A DNA stretch of 64,000 bases, from the NCBI GenBank assembly GCA_964252075.1, contig CAXULY010000006.1:131444-195443 (forward strand). The letters run 5' to 3'. Shown piece by piece: positions 19,926-29,384 of the stretch (the first letter of the stretch is position 1; each line of letters starts with the position of its first letter). This stretch comes from an uncultured Deinococcaceae bacterium. Lineage in GTDB: Bacteria; Deinococcota; Deinococci; Deinococcales; Deinococcaceae. The notes beneath the pieces were generated by a model. That model worked only from the letters and a program-made list of their open reading frames with translations, ran no database searches and was not told the DNA's origin. Both the position numbers and the translations under genes were made by a program.

Positions 19926-20566
19926 CGGTGCGGGTGCTGGTGGTGGACGACCAGCCGTGGGTGCGGGTGGGCCTGCGCGAGTTGCTGAACGTGCAGCTGG
20001 ACGTGCGGGTGGTGGGTGAGGCGGAGAGCGGCGGGGCGGCGCTGACGTGGCTGGAGGAGGGGCGCTGCGACGTGGTGCTGATGGACGTGCGCATGCCGGG
20101 CCTGGGCGGCATTGAGGCGGCGCGTCAGCTCGCGTTGCGCGGCGGGCCGCCCGTGGTGCTGCTCACCACCTTCGAGGACACCGCGGAGATGATTGCGGGC
20201 CTGCAGGCGGGCGCGCACGGCTACCTGCTCAAGGACACCTCCATCGAGGCGCTCACGGACGCCATCCGGCGGGTGGCGCGCGGCGAGCGGGTGGTGCAGC
20301 CGCGCGTGGCGGACGTGCTCGCGGAGGCCCTGGCCCAGCGAACCGCGCAGGCACAGGTGGTGGGGACGCTCACGCCGCGTGAGGCGGAGGTCCTGGCGCT
20401 CCTCGCGCGCGGGCTGTCGAACAAGCGGTTGGCGTCCACCTTGGGGGTATCGGCGGGCACCGTGAAGGTGCACGTCTCCAACCTGCTCGCGAAGCTCAAG
20501 GTGACGGACCGCGCGGAGGCTGTGCGGGCCGCGCGGCAGGCGGGGTTGCTGCCCGACGGCCCGTAG
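19922..20566 (+). CDS. NarL/LuxR-family response regulator
   Basis: VLVVDD, LMDVRMP, GYLLKD, LTPREAEVL...TVKVHVSNLLAKL. Confidence 0.95.
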   Translation: MTVRVLVVDDQPWVRVGLRELLNVQLDVRVVGEAESGGAALTWLEEGRCDVVLMDVRMPGLGGIEAARQLALRGGPPVVLLTTFEDTAEMIAGLQAGAHGYLLKDTSIEALTDAIRRVARGERVVQPRVADVLAEALAQRTAQAQVVGTLTPREAEVLALLARGLSNKRLASTLGVSAGTVKVHVSNLLAKLKVTDRAEAVRAARQAGLLPDGP

Positions 20567-20702
20567 GCCTACCTCCCGGCCTATGCCCCTGGCAGAGGCG
20601 CCTGGCGCGGCGGGCACGGCAGGCTGACCGCATGCCCCTGCTGACCTCCAAGCCGCCCTTCACGCCTGCTGTACGCCCACGCCCCACGAAGGTCGTGGGG
20701 TG

Positions 20703-22022
20703 ATGCGGCCCCTGGAGTGGGCGCTGTTCCTGTCGTTCCTGCCGATGTGGTGGCTCACCTCCGGGCACTGGGGTCGGCGCAGCACCCTCGCGGCCCTCCT
20801 GCCGCTCCTCGTGGCGGTCGCGCAACTGGCGGTGGAGGACGCGCGCCTGGAGTTGCTGCCCCTGTACGTCCTGGCCGGACTCGCGCTCCTGCGGGCGCGC
20901 CCACCCCAGCCGGCGCGCGCGTGGGTGCTGGTGGGCGGCGCGCTGGTGTACGTTTTGGCGGGCCTCGTGCCCGGCTGGCTTCTTCCGATCCTCACCCTCC
21001 CGGACGCCAGCGGACCGCACCCGGTGGGAATGGTGGACCGCGTGGTGACCGACCCCGCCCGACACCGCCGACTCATGGTGACGGTCTGGTACCCGGCGGC
21101 GCGCAGCGGTCCCCGCGCGCCCCTGTTCTCACACCCAGACGCCGTCACCTCCGGGCTGGCGGCGGCCTTCGGCGTGCCCCTCGCGGCGCCCGCCCTGCGG
21201 CATCTGCGGTACTCGACCGTCGCCGCGAGCGCGGACGCGCCCGCCCTGAGCGGTCCGGGCGCCTTCCCGGTGCTGGTGTACTCGCACGGCATGGTCGGCC
21301 TGCGCACGCAGAACGCCGCGTCGCTTCAGGACCTGGCGAGCTGGGGGTACGTGGTGGTGGCGGTCGACCACACGGACGCCGCAGCGGTCACGGTCTTCCC
21401 GGACGGCGAGGTGCGCCCCTATGACCTGCGGCGCCTCGGGGTGCGCCCGCAGGACGCGGAGCGCGCCGACGACGTGCTGCTGCCGGTGTGGATGGCCGAT
21501 CAGCGCCTCGTGTACGACGCGGTGGCGCGCTGGGAGCGCGACGACCCCGTGCTGGCCGGTCGACTCGACACGGCGCGCATGGCGTCCTTCGGGCACTCGT
21601 TCGGCGGGGTGGTGTCCCTCGCGGTGTGCCGGGTGGACGCCCGCTGCCGCGCCGCAGTGAACCTGGACGGCGGGTACCAGCCGGGGGTCATGCCCCCGCC
21701 CGCCCGCCGACCGCTGCTGATCCTGAGCTCAGCGGGCAGCGACGACAACCCCGTCGCGACGGGCGCGTGGGGGCGCATCGTCGCGCAGGCGCGCGGTCCG
21801 GCATTCTGGCTGACCGTGCCACACAGCACCCACCTGTCCTTGACCCTGGCGCCCTTCATCTCGCCGCTGCTCGTGCCGCGTGGCGCCCGGCCCGTCGCGG
21901 ATCTGCGTGCGGTGAACGGCGTCTTGCGTGCCTTCTTCGACCGCTACGTGCGGGAGGACGGTGCGCCTTTCGAACGCAGCCAGGATCTTCACTCGATGCG
22001 CTCGCGGGCAGTGCGCCCGTGA
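20703..22022 (+). CDS. Membrane-anchored alpha/beta hydrolase (PAF-acetylhydrolase-like)
   Basis: N-terminal TM helices, VLVYSHG, GYVVVAVDH, GHSFGG nucleophile elbow, VNLDG. Confidence 0.88.
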   Translation: MRPLEWALFLSFLPMWWLTSGHWGRRSTLAALLPLLVAVAQLAVEDARLELLPLYVLAGLALLRARPPQPARAWVLVGGALVYVLAGLVPGWLLPILTLPDASGPHPVGMVDRVVTDPARHRRLMVTVWYPAARSGPRAPLFSHPDAVTSGLAAAFGVPLAAPALRHLRYSTVAASADAPALSGPGAFPVLVYSHGMVGLRTQNAASLQDLASWGYVVVAVDHTDAAAVTVFPDGEVRPYDLRRLGVRPQDAERADDVLLPVWMADQRLVYDAVARWERDDPVLAGRLDTARMASFGHSFGGVVSLAVCRVDARCRAAVNLDGGYQPGVMPPPARRPLLILSSAGSDDNPVATGAWGRIVAQARGPAFWLTVPHSTHLSLTLAPFISPLLVPRGARPVADLRAVNGVLRAFFDRYVREDGAPFERSQDLHSMRSRAVRP

Positions 22023-22030
22023 GGGTTGAT

Positions 22031-22615
22031 CTATTGCCGCAGCATCAGGGCGATCTGCTCGAGGGTCTCCCCGATCCCGCCCGAATCGAACTCGCACGGC
22101 ACCTCGAACGCCCCGTTCGGCGCCCCTTGCACGTACGCCCGCGCCCCGAACACCCCCTCGTCGTATCCCACCACCAGCAGGATGTTCCGGTCATCGAACA
22201 CCCCGCGCGGCACGCCCTTCCTGAACCAATGCGCGTCCCGCCGCTTTGCCCTCAATTGCTCGTCCGGGTGAATCAGCCAGTTCCCGCACCAGTCCGCATG
22301 CCCCTGCAGCACCACCTGCACCGCCTCACTCCAGCCCAGCGTGAAGCGCGAGTCCACGCTCAGCACCCGGCGTTCCTCGGCCCCTCGGTACCACCAGGGC
22401 AGGCCCGCCGTGCCTGCGAGCAGGACGTGCAGGGTGTCCGCGAAGTGATGCCTGAACAGCAAACTACTGCGCGCCTGCCCGGGAAGACCCTACTGGCGTT
22501 GCAGGAACTTCACGACCAGACCGGAGAGCACCACACGCTCGATGTTGTCGGGCCTGCTGCTGGGCGACAGGGGCGTGGAGGGACGAGGACCAATCGATCG
22601 CTTCAGGGCGCGCAT
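22031..22615 (-). pseudogene. JAB/MPN-like hypothetical protein, copy 1, premature TAG at codon 42
   Basis: ATG 22615 reads MRALKRSIGP...FLQRQ*GLPG... (TAG at 22492-22490) and is colinear with the intact paralog at 34060-34647. Confidence 0.8.
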
Positions 22616-22719
22616 GGGTGGTGACGTTCGCTCTGTTCCGCCGCCGCCTGGTGTGTGCTGGTGGGTGCGGCATCTGCGGCGTCCTCCCGTGCCCCTTCAC
22701 CCTAAGCTGAACGGCAGCC

Positions 22720-23682
22720 ATGATCGTCAAGGACCGCCCGGCCCACCCCCACACCGACCCCTTGCGCCGCGCTGGGGACCGCGCCGAAACGCAGATGGCA
22801 CACTACCTCAAGCGTGCCTTCGCCAGCGACCCCGCCGTCCACGTGTTCCACGACCTGCGCCTCGAGCACGAGGGGGAAGTCGCACAGCTTGACCACCTGA
22901 TTCTGCACCGCAGCGGCGCCATCGTCGTCGAGAGCAAGAGCGTGACGAGCGCCGTGCGCATCAACGAACGCGACGAGTGGGCGCGGCTGTGGAACGGCCG
23001 CTGGACGGGCATGCCCTCCCCTGTCCTGCAGGCGCGGCGTCAAGCGGACCACCTGCGGAAACTGCTGGACGCGCACCGCGAGGCGTTGCTCGGCACGTTC
23101 ATGTTCGGTTTGGTGCAGAAGGGCTTCGGGGCTTTCATCGTCGATGTGGTTGTGGCGATCAGCGATGACGGTGTGGTGGAGCACCGTGGGACGCTCGCGG
23201 AGGTCCGGAAGGCGGATCAGGTGCCGGACCGCGTGAAGGCGTTGATGCAGGAGCACCAGAGGTTGGCGCGTCCGCTGAGCGCGGACCCGCGCTCGAAGGC
23301 CTGGGGGCTGACGATCTCGCCGGAAGAGTTCGTGCGGGTGAGCGCGTTTCTGCGCGCGAAGCATCACGACCCACGGGCGGAAGCGGCGAGCACCCAGGTG
23401 ACGCATCCCACCGGACGCGCGGCGGAACCTCCCGGAGCAGCGAACACGCCTGCCGCACCGGGCGGGTCCTTCGCGTGCCGTCACTGCCACAGCCCCGAGG
23501 TGCAGGTGACGTACGGGAAGTACGGGTATTACTTCAAGTGCACGGCGTGCGAGGGGAACACGCCGATCACCGTGCGTTGCGAGACGTGCGGGGAGAAGGC
23601 CCGCACCCGCAAGAGCGGCAACGCGTTCTTCGCGGACTGCTCCGGGTGCCACACCAGCACCCAGTACTTCACGAACGCCTGA
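22720..23682 (+). CDS. NERD nuclease-domain protein with C-terminal zinc ribbons
   Basis: GDRAE, FHDLRL, QLDHLILHRSGAIVVESKS, SPVLQARRQ; four CxxC pairs. Confidence 0.9.
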   Translation: MIVKDRPAHPHTDPLRRAGDRAETQMAHYLKRAFASDPAVHVFHDLRLEHEGEVAQLDHLILHRSGAIVVESKSVTSAVRINERDEWARLWNGRWTGMPSPVLQARRQADHLRKLLDAHREALLGTFMFGLVQKGFGAFIVDVVVAISDDGVVEHRGTLAEVRKADQVPDRVKALMQEHQRLARPLSADPRSKAWGLTISPEEFVRVSAFLRAKHHDPRAEAASTQVTHPTGRAAEPPGAANTPAAPGGSFACRHCHSPEVQVTYGKYGYYFKCTACEGNTPITVRCETCGEKARTRKSGNAFFADCSGCHTSTQYFTNA

Positions 23683-23860
23683 CGGCACCGTTGTGGAGGT
23701 GACCGGCACCGCCACGCCCGCACATGAATGCGCACGCAGGGGCGGACGGGCGTGCGCCTCGGTCCGCCCCGCGAGGGCGAGCGGGGGTGTCTCCACTGAT
23801 GTCCTCGTTCGCCCGCACGGTGCTCGCCGCTGCTCCGGTCCACGTGCGCTGGTGCGGCGC

Positions 23861-25066
23861 TCAGGCGGGCAGGGTCAGCGCTTCACGTTCCCGTGGGTAA
23901 TAGCTCAGGCGTTGACAGCCGCGCTCGGTGATGACGATGGTGTCGCTGTGCCGGAAGCCGCCGAGGTCGGGGTGGTACAGGCCCGGCTCGACGGAGAACA
24001 CCATGCCGACTTCGAGTGTCACGTCGCTGCCCCGGTCCAGGAAGGGCCACTCATGGTTCCTGGAGCCCAGGCCGTGCCCCGTGTGGTGCCGCCAGTACGG
24101 CATCAGGTGCTCGCGCTGGTAGTACTGGCGGACCGCTTCATCCACCGCGGCAGCGGGGATGCCCGGCCGCAGCGTCTCGAACGCGATGTCCTGCAGGTTC
24201 AGCATGTGCTGAAACATCGCGCGCTGCGCTTCGGTCGGTTCCCCGAGAAACATCGTGCGTTCCAGCTCCGAGTAGTATCCCCACATGGGGGCGGTCGCGC
24301 CCGTCACGAGCGTGTCGCCCGCCGCGAAGCGCGCGCCGGTGGTGGTGACGTGCGGCAGGCTGGATTGCCGGCCGACCTGCCCGCGGTAGGTGGCGAGCAC
24401 GCCGTCGCCGAAGAAGCCCAGGGCGTTGGCTTTGTGCTGCGCGCCGAGCGCGCCGCGCATCGCGACGGTCGCTTCCTGACTGGCGCGTTGCCCCACCTCG
24501 AGCTCCCCGGCGCCGACTTTGGTGTACTCCTGCAACAGCGCGTGCCCGAGGTTCGCCCAGCGCATGCTCTCCCGGATGAGCATCAGTTCGTGATCGCTTT
24601 TGATGCTCATCTGGTGGTTGATGGTGTCGGCGATGATCGTGAGGGCCGCGCCGGTCACCGCCTGCAGGGTCGGTCCGCTGTACCCGCAGAGTCCCGGGTA
24701 CCCGTCCTGGTCGGCGGCGAGGGCGCCTGTCAGGCCCTCCTCGGCGAGGAGGTCGGCGAGGTGGTGCATGGGGTGGCGCTCGCCGGGGTACTCGTCGTAG
24801 GTGCCGACCCGCCGAGCGCAGCTGGTGTGCTGGGCGTGCTCCAGCTCGAGGCGCGGCACGAACAGCAGCACGTCCGCTTCCTGCGTGACGATGAGCGCGA
24901 TGGGCCGTTCGGTGGGGTAGAACGCGAAGCCGCTGTAGTACATGACGCGGTGCGGGTCGAACAGCACGGCGGCGGTGGCGTTGAGGCGCTCAAGGTGCGC
25001 GGCGAGCTGCCGCGCCCGCCCGGCGTACTCTTCCGGTGGGGGTTTGAGGGTGTCGACGCTGATCAA
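23861..25066 (-). CDS. M24 pita-bread-fold hydrolase (creatinase/ectoine-hydrolase-like)
   Basis: IKSDHE, GYYSELERT, HHTGHGLG, HEWP, SVEPGLY, GFRHSDT. Confidence 0.88.
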   Translation of the reverse strand: MISVDTLKPPPEEYAGRARQLAAHLERLNATAAVLFDPHRVMYYSGFAFYPTERPIALIVTQEADVLLFVPRLELEHAQHTSCARRVGTYDEYPGERHPMHHLADLLAEEGLTGALAADQDGYPGLCGYSGPTLQAVTGAALTIIADTINHQMSIKSDHELMLIRESMRWANLGHALLQEYTKVGAGELEVGQRASQEATVAMRGALGAQHKANALGFFGDGVLATYRGQVGRQSSLPHVTTTGARFAAGDTLVTGATAPMWGYYSELERTMFLGEPTEAQRAMFQHMLNLQDIAFETLRPGIPAAAVDEAVRQYYQREHLMPYWRHHTGHGLGSRNHEWPFLDRGSDVTLEVGMVFSVEPGLYHPDLGGFRHSDTIVITERGCQRLSYYPREREALTLPA

Positions 25067-26040
25067 GCGGGGACCGCCTGCACGTCCGCCTCGGGCTGCG
25101 CCTCGAGGGTTTCGGCGGTGCTGAGGTCACCCAGCATGTACCCGTAGTCCCCAGGGTGCGTGCGGCTCACGGTGTGCCGAACGAGGACGAGGTGCGTCTG
25201 GTCGAAGGGCGCCTCGAAGCGCTCCAGCTCCTCGAACGTCTGCGGGTCGCGCATGACGCCCAGCAGGGTGCCGCCCGGCACCGCCGTGCCGAGTTGCGTG
25301 GCGTTCACGTGCGGTTCGAGGATGCCACCGAAGGTGGGGCGGACGATGCGGATGTCGTGCAGCAGGGTCTGCTGGGGTGCGGGGCGGGCGGCACCCGGAA
25401 TGACCTGCAGGTGCCGCAGGGCGTTGAGCACGCCGTTGAGGCCCCGCTCGAGGTACTGTTCGTCCAGCTGGCCGCCGCCGCCGATTTCCGCGACGACGAC
25501 CTTGGTGCCGTGCGTTTCGATGAGGTCCGTGCCGAGCGTGCCTTTATAAGACTTGCCCTGGTAGAGGGTGGGGAACAGGAACGCGCGGGAGATGTCGGGG
25601 GCGTTCATCACGTACACGTAATCCACGGTCGGCACGGCACCGCCCGAGTGCAGGTCCAGCAGGACGTCCGTGGTCGGCGCGATGTATGCGTTGAGTTGGC
25701 GCGCGATGAGGTCGCTGAGCCACGCGTCGTCCGTGCCGGGGAACACGCGGTTGAGGTTCTGCATGTCGGTGGGCGTGTTGCGCGTGAAGCTGTCGAACGC
25801 CAAGGGGTTGCACAGGGGGATGATGATGATGCGCCCGCGGATGTCCTGCGGGTTGAGTTGCGCGGCGAGCCGCTGGGCGATCACGATGGGCGGCAGTTCA
25901 TCGCCGTGAATGCCGGCGGTGATGGTGACGGTCGGCCCGTCCTGCGCGCCCTGGAAGACGTGCGCGGCGATGCGCAGGTCCAGGCCGCCGGCGGTGCGGG
26001 TGACGGGAATCCATTCGAGGGTGCGGGTGGCTTCAGGCAT
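25063..26040 (-). CDS. Succinylglutamate desuccinylase/aspartoacylase-family (M14) deacylase
   Basis: AGIHGDE, NLNRVFPG, LDLHSGG, AEIGGG. Confidence 0.9.
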   Translation of the reverse strand: MPEATRTLEWIPVTRTAGGLDLRIAAHVFQGAQDGPTVTITAGIHGDELPPIVIAQRLAAQLNPQDIRGRIIIIPLCNPLAFDSFTRNTPTDMQNLNRVFPGTDDAWLSDLIARQLNAYIAPTTDVLLDLHSGGAVPTVDYVYVMNAPDISRAFLFPTLYQGKSYKGTLGTDLIETHGTKVVVAEIGGGGQLDEQYLERGLNGVLNALRHLQVIPGAARPAPQQTLLHDIRIVRPTFGGILEPHVNATQLGTAVPGGTLLGVMRDPQTFEELERFEAPFDQTHLVLVRHTVSRTHPGDYGYMLGDLSTAETLEAQPEADVQAVPA

Positions 26041-27349
26041 GGGGTCCTCCGGGGTGCGAGAAGGCGGCTCGGGTGGCGTCCAGGAACAGCTCGAGGTCGG
26101 CGTCGGTGTGCGCGTCGGAGAAGGCGCTGTGCAGCAGCGGGCCGTGCGCGGCGATGAGGTGGCGCGCGGTCATGGCGTTCAGCCACGCGCGGTACAGCTG
26201 CGCGTCGGTGGTGCTGGCGCTGCGGTAGTCCCGCACCGGTTCGAGCGTGAAGTACGGTTGGAGGTGGCCGCCGCCGCCGAGCAGCTGGGCGGGCACGCCG
26301 TGCTCGCGCGCGAGGGCGTCGAAGGCGCGTTTGAGGTCCTGCGTGCGGGCATCGAGGCGCGCGGCGACCGCGCCGTCCTGAAGGAGTTCGAGGCTGGCGA
26401 GGCAGGCGGCGAGCGCGGGGCGGAAGCCGTTGAAGGTGCCGATGAAGGGCGCGTTGTTCGGGCCGGGCGCGGTGCGTTCCATCAGGTCGCGGCGGCCCGC
26501 GAGGGCGGCGATGGGGAAGCCGTTGGCGAGGCCCTTGCTCCAGAGGCTGAGGTCGGGCGTGACGCCGGAGCGGCCCTGGGCGCCGGCCGGGCCGAGGCGG
26601 AAGCCGGTGAGGAGTTCATCGAAAATCAGGAGGATGCCGAGTTCCGCGGTGAGGTCCCGCAGGCCCTGCAGGTACCCGGGTTCAGGTTCGATGAACCCGA
26701 CGTCGATCATGACGGGCTCGATGAACAGCGCGGCGAGGTCCTCGCGGCGCTCGGTGAGGACCTCGCGGGCGGCGTTCAGGTCGTTGAAGGGCAGGACGAC
26801 GGTCGCGCCCACGTCGCGCCGCAGGCCGGGCGCGCCGGGCAGCGCCATGGGCCTCTGCGCGGGCCCGGCCTGGCGGAGGTCCGGCCAGGTGCTGACGTAC
26901 ACGTCGTCCCACCAGCCGTGGTACGCGCCCTCCATTTTCGCGATGCCGCTCCGGCCGGTGACGACGCGCGCGAGGTGCACGGCGTGCAGCGCCGCTTCCG
27001 TGCCGGTGTTCGTGAAGCGCACCTGCTCGGCGGTGTGGACGCTTTGGAGGAAGCGCTCGGCGGCGAGGACGCTCAGTTCACTCTCCACGCCCGCACCCAG
27101 GCCGTCTTGCAGGGCGCGGTGAACGGCGTCGGTGATGGCGGGGTGGCCGTGACCGAGCAGTACGGCGGCGTTGCCCATCAGGAAGTCCGTCCATTGCTGC
27201 CCGTCAACGTCCCACAGTTGACTGCCGGCGGCGCGCGCGTAGTAGCGGACGGGGGGCGTGCTGGCGCGGGTGTTGGAGTGCGCGCCAGCGGGGATGCTGT
27301 GCAGGGCGCGGCGGTAGAGGATGTCCGCGCGGCTGGTGGTGTCGGTCAT
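26033..27349 (-). CDS. Class III PLP aminotransferase (GSA-aminomutase-like)
   Basis: LWDVDG, RFTNTGTEA, EGAYHG, LIFDELLTGFR, WSKGLANG, GTFNG. Confidence 0.9.
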   Translation of the reverse strand: MTDTTSRADILYRRALHSIPAGAHSNTRASTPPVRYYARAAGSQLWDVDGQQWTDFLMGNAAVLLGHGHPAITDAVHRALQDGLGAGVESELSVLAAERFLQSVHTAEQVRFTNTGTEAALHAVHLARVVTGRSGIAKMEGAYHGWWDDVYVSTWPDLRQAGPAQRPMALPGAPGLRRDVGATVVLPFNDLNAAREVLTERREDLAALFIEPVMIDVGFIEPEPGYLQGLRDLTAELGILLIFDELLTGFRLGPAGAQGRSGVTPDLSLWSKGLANGFPIAALAGRRDLMERTAPGPNNAPFIGTFNGFRPALAACLASLELLQDGAVAARLDARTQDLKRAFDALAREHGVPAQLLGGGGHLQPYFTLEPVRDYRSASTTDAQLYRAWLNAMTARHLIAAHGPLLHSAFSDAHTDADLELFLDATRAAFSHPGGPHA

Positions 27350-28539
27350 TGGTCACCTGTGGCCCAGTGGGCGAAGAGGGTGCTGGGGGAGTGCATGCGG
27401 GCGTACAGGTGCTGCACCGCGCGGTCCTGCTGGAAGGCCGGGACCGCCTGCCAGAAGCGCCGGGTGAGTTCGTTGCCCCACCAGTAGCTGTAAATGAAGG
27501 GGGCGCGCAGGCGGTGCGTGAAGAAGCGCAGGCGCGCCTCGATCCACGCGTCGCTTTGCTGCAGGGTGGCGCGCAGGAAGTCCGCGACGTCCGCGGGGGT
27601 GCGCCGCTGGGTGTTGAGGGCGTGCGCCGCCTCGATGGAGCAGAGCTGCTGGAGGCGCGTGAGGTGCCACTCCACCTGGTCCAGGGGCGTGTCCCGCCAG
27701 TGAATCAGGTCCAGAGCGGCTTCGGCGATGCCTTCGTAGAGCACGCTGGAGGCGCTGTTGGTAAGGATCAGGGCGCCGTCGATGGGCATCTCGCCGGTGC
27801 GGGTGAGGTGCTCGCGGTGCGCCATGTGCACGTCGTGCCCTGGGTACGCTTCGTGCCCGACGAGGTGCTTGAGGGCGCTGCGGGTGTACGTGAAGTCCCC
27901 GTTGAGCCACACGCGCCGCCCGGGGTAATCGCAGTAGGCGCTGAAGGGCACGCCGTACACGACGTGCGCTTGGATGGGCTGGGCGTGCACGGTGAGTTGC
28001 GGGAGGTGTCGCTTGACGCGCGCGCGGCCTTCGTCGAGCAAGCGCTGCAGGGTGTCCTGGACGTCCGCGGTGGGCACCGCGTCTTGCTCATGGTAGGCGG
28101 CGAGGCCGGCGGGGCCGGTGGGCAGGCCCGCGGCGCGCAGGGCGTGATCGAGGGCCGCCTGGTGGTCGGCGAGTTGCGCGGCGCTGGGCGGAGCGGGCGG
28201 AACGCGCAGGCAGCGCGCGACGACCGCTTCGTAATCGAGGGTGTCGCCGGACACCCAGCCCAGCAGGTGGCGGGTGGCGAGGGCCTGCTCGGTCAGCCAG
28301 TCGCGCTGCTGGGGGTCCTTGAGGGCGCTCGCCTCGACCGCCAGGTCCGTGAGCTGGCGCATGGCGTCGCGTGGGTCGAGGGCTTCGGCCTCGAGGTGCG
28401 TCCAGTGCACGGGCACCAGCCCTTCCGCTTCGAGGGCGCGGTCGCCTGCAGTGGGCCGCTCGCGGTAGGCGCGGTCCGCGCCGAGGACCGTGAGGGTGTA
28501 GCGCTTGGAGAGGTCGTGCGCGTCGGGGGTGCGGCTCAT
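27346..28539 (-). CDS. DUF885-like putative metallopeptidase
   Basis: HEAYPGH and EGIAE motifs, YSYWWG. Confidence 0.65.
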   Translation of the reverse strand: MSRTPDAHDLSKRYTLTVLGADRAYRERPTAGDRALEAEGLVPVHWTHLEAEALDPRDAMRQLTDLAVEASALKDPQQRDWLTEQALATRHLLGWVSGDTLDYEAVVARCLRVPPAPPSAAQLADHQAALDHALRAAGLPTGPAGLAAYHEQDAVPTADVQDTLQRLLDEGRARVKRHLPQLTVHAQPIQAHVVYGVPFSAYCDYPGRRVWLNGDFTYTRSALKHLVGHEAYPGHDVHMAHREHLTRTGEMPIDGALILTNSASSVLYEGIAEAALDLIHWRDTPLDQVEWHLTRLQQLCSIEAAHALNTQRRTPADVADFLRATLQQSDAWIEARLRFFTHRLRAPFIYSYWWGNELTRRFWQAVPAFQQDRAVQHLYARMHSPSTLFAHWATGDQ

Positions 28540-29384
28540 CCGGTGGTCCTCCTGGGATCGAGGACGTCCCGCAGGGCGTCTCCGAGCATGTTGAAGCCGA
28601 GCACGGTCAGCATGATGGCCAGGCCGGGGAAAATCGACAGGTAGGGCGATTGCCGCAGGAACTGCAGGCCGGTGTTGAGGATTGACCCCCAGGATGGCGT
28701 GGGGGGCTGCACGCCCAGCCCGAGGAAGGACATCGCCGCTTCGGCGGTGATGGCGCCGCCCATGCCGACGGTGGCGATGACGATGACGGGACCGAGCGCG
28801 TTGGGCAGCACGTGCCGAAACAAGGTGCGCAGAGCGCGGCTGGCGTCCACGAATTCCTCCTCGCGGATGGCGAGGATGCTGGAGCGCACCACGCGGGCGT
28901 AGGTCGTCCAGTACACCAGGCCGAGCGCGATCATGACGCTGCTGGCGCTCGGCCCGAGCGCCGCGACGAGCGCGAGCGCCAGCAGGATCGGCGGGAACGC
29001 GAGGAACACGTCGACGGTGCGCATCAGCAACGTGTCGATCACCCCGCCGAAGAAGCCCGCGAAGGCCCCGACGAGCACGCCGAGCACCGCGGAGATGCCG
29101 ACCGCGATGACCGCCACCTCGATGGAGATGCGGGCGCCGAACGCGAGGCGCGTGAGGGTGTCCCGGCCGAAGTTGTCGGTGCCCATCAGGTGCTGGGCGG
29201 TGGGGGGCTCGAAGCGGGCGCGGATGTCGCGGTCTTCCAGGCCGTAGGGCGTGAGGACCGGCGCGAGGAGCGCGGCGAGCAGCACGATCAGGACGATGGC
29301 GGCGCCGACCAGCGCGGTTTTATCGCGCAGGAAGCGCGGCGCGCGGCGTTTAGGCGTAACGGATTTTGGGGTTGATAAGAGCAT
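28536..29384 (-). CDS. Peptide/nickel ABC permease (DppC-like) with shortened EAA loop
   Basis: HLMGTDNFGRD, RHVLPN, SFLGLGVQPPTPSWG. Confidence 0.92.
   Translation of the reverse strand: MLLSTPKSVTPKRRAPRFLRDKTALVGAAIVLIVLLAALLAPVLTPYGLEDRDIRARFEPPTAQHLMGTDNFGRDTLTRLAFGARISIEVAVIAVGISAVLGVLVGAFAGFFGGVIDTLLMRTVDVFLAFPPILLALALVAALGPSASSVMIALGLVYWTTYARVVRSSILAIREEEFVDASRALRTLFRHVLPNALGPVIVIATVGMGGAITAEAAMSFLGLGVQPPTPSWGSILNTGLQFLRQSPYLSIFPGLAIMLTVLGFNMLGDALRDVLDPRRTTG

Noticed and set aside
26033..27349. Annotating the aminotransferase as hemL
   Set aside because: Catabolic operon context; family-level similarity only
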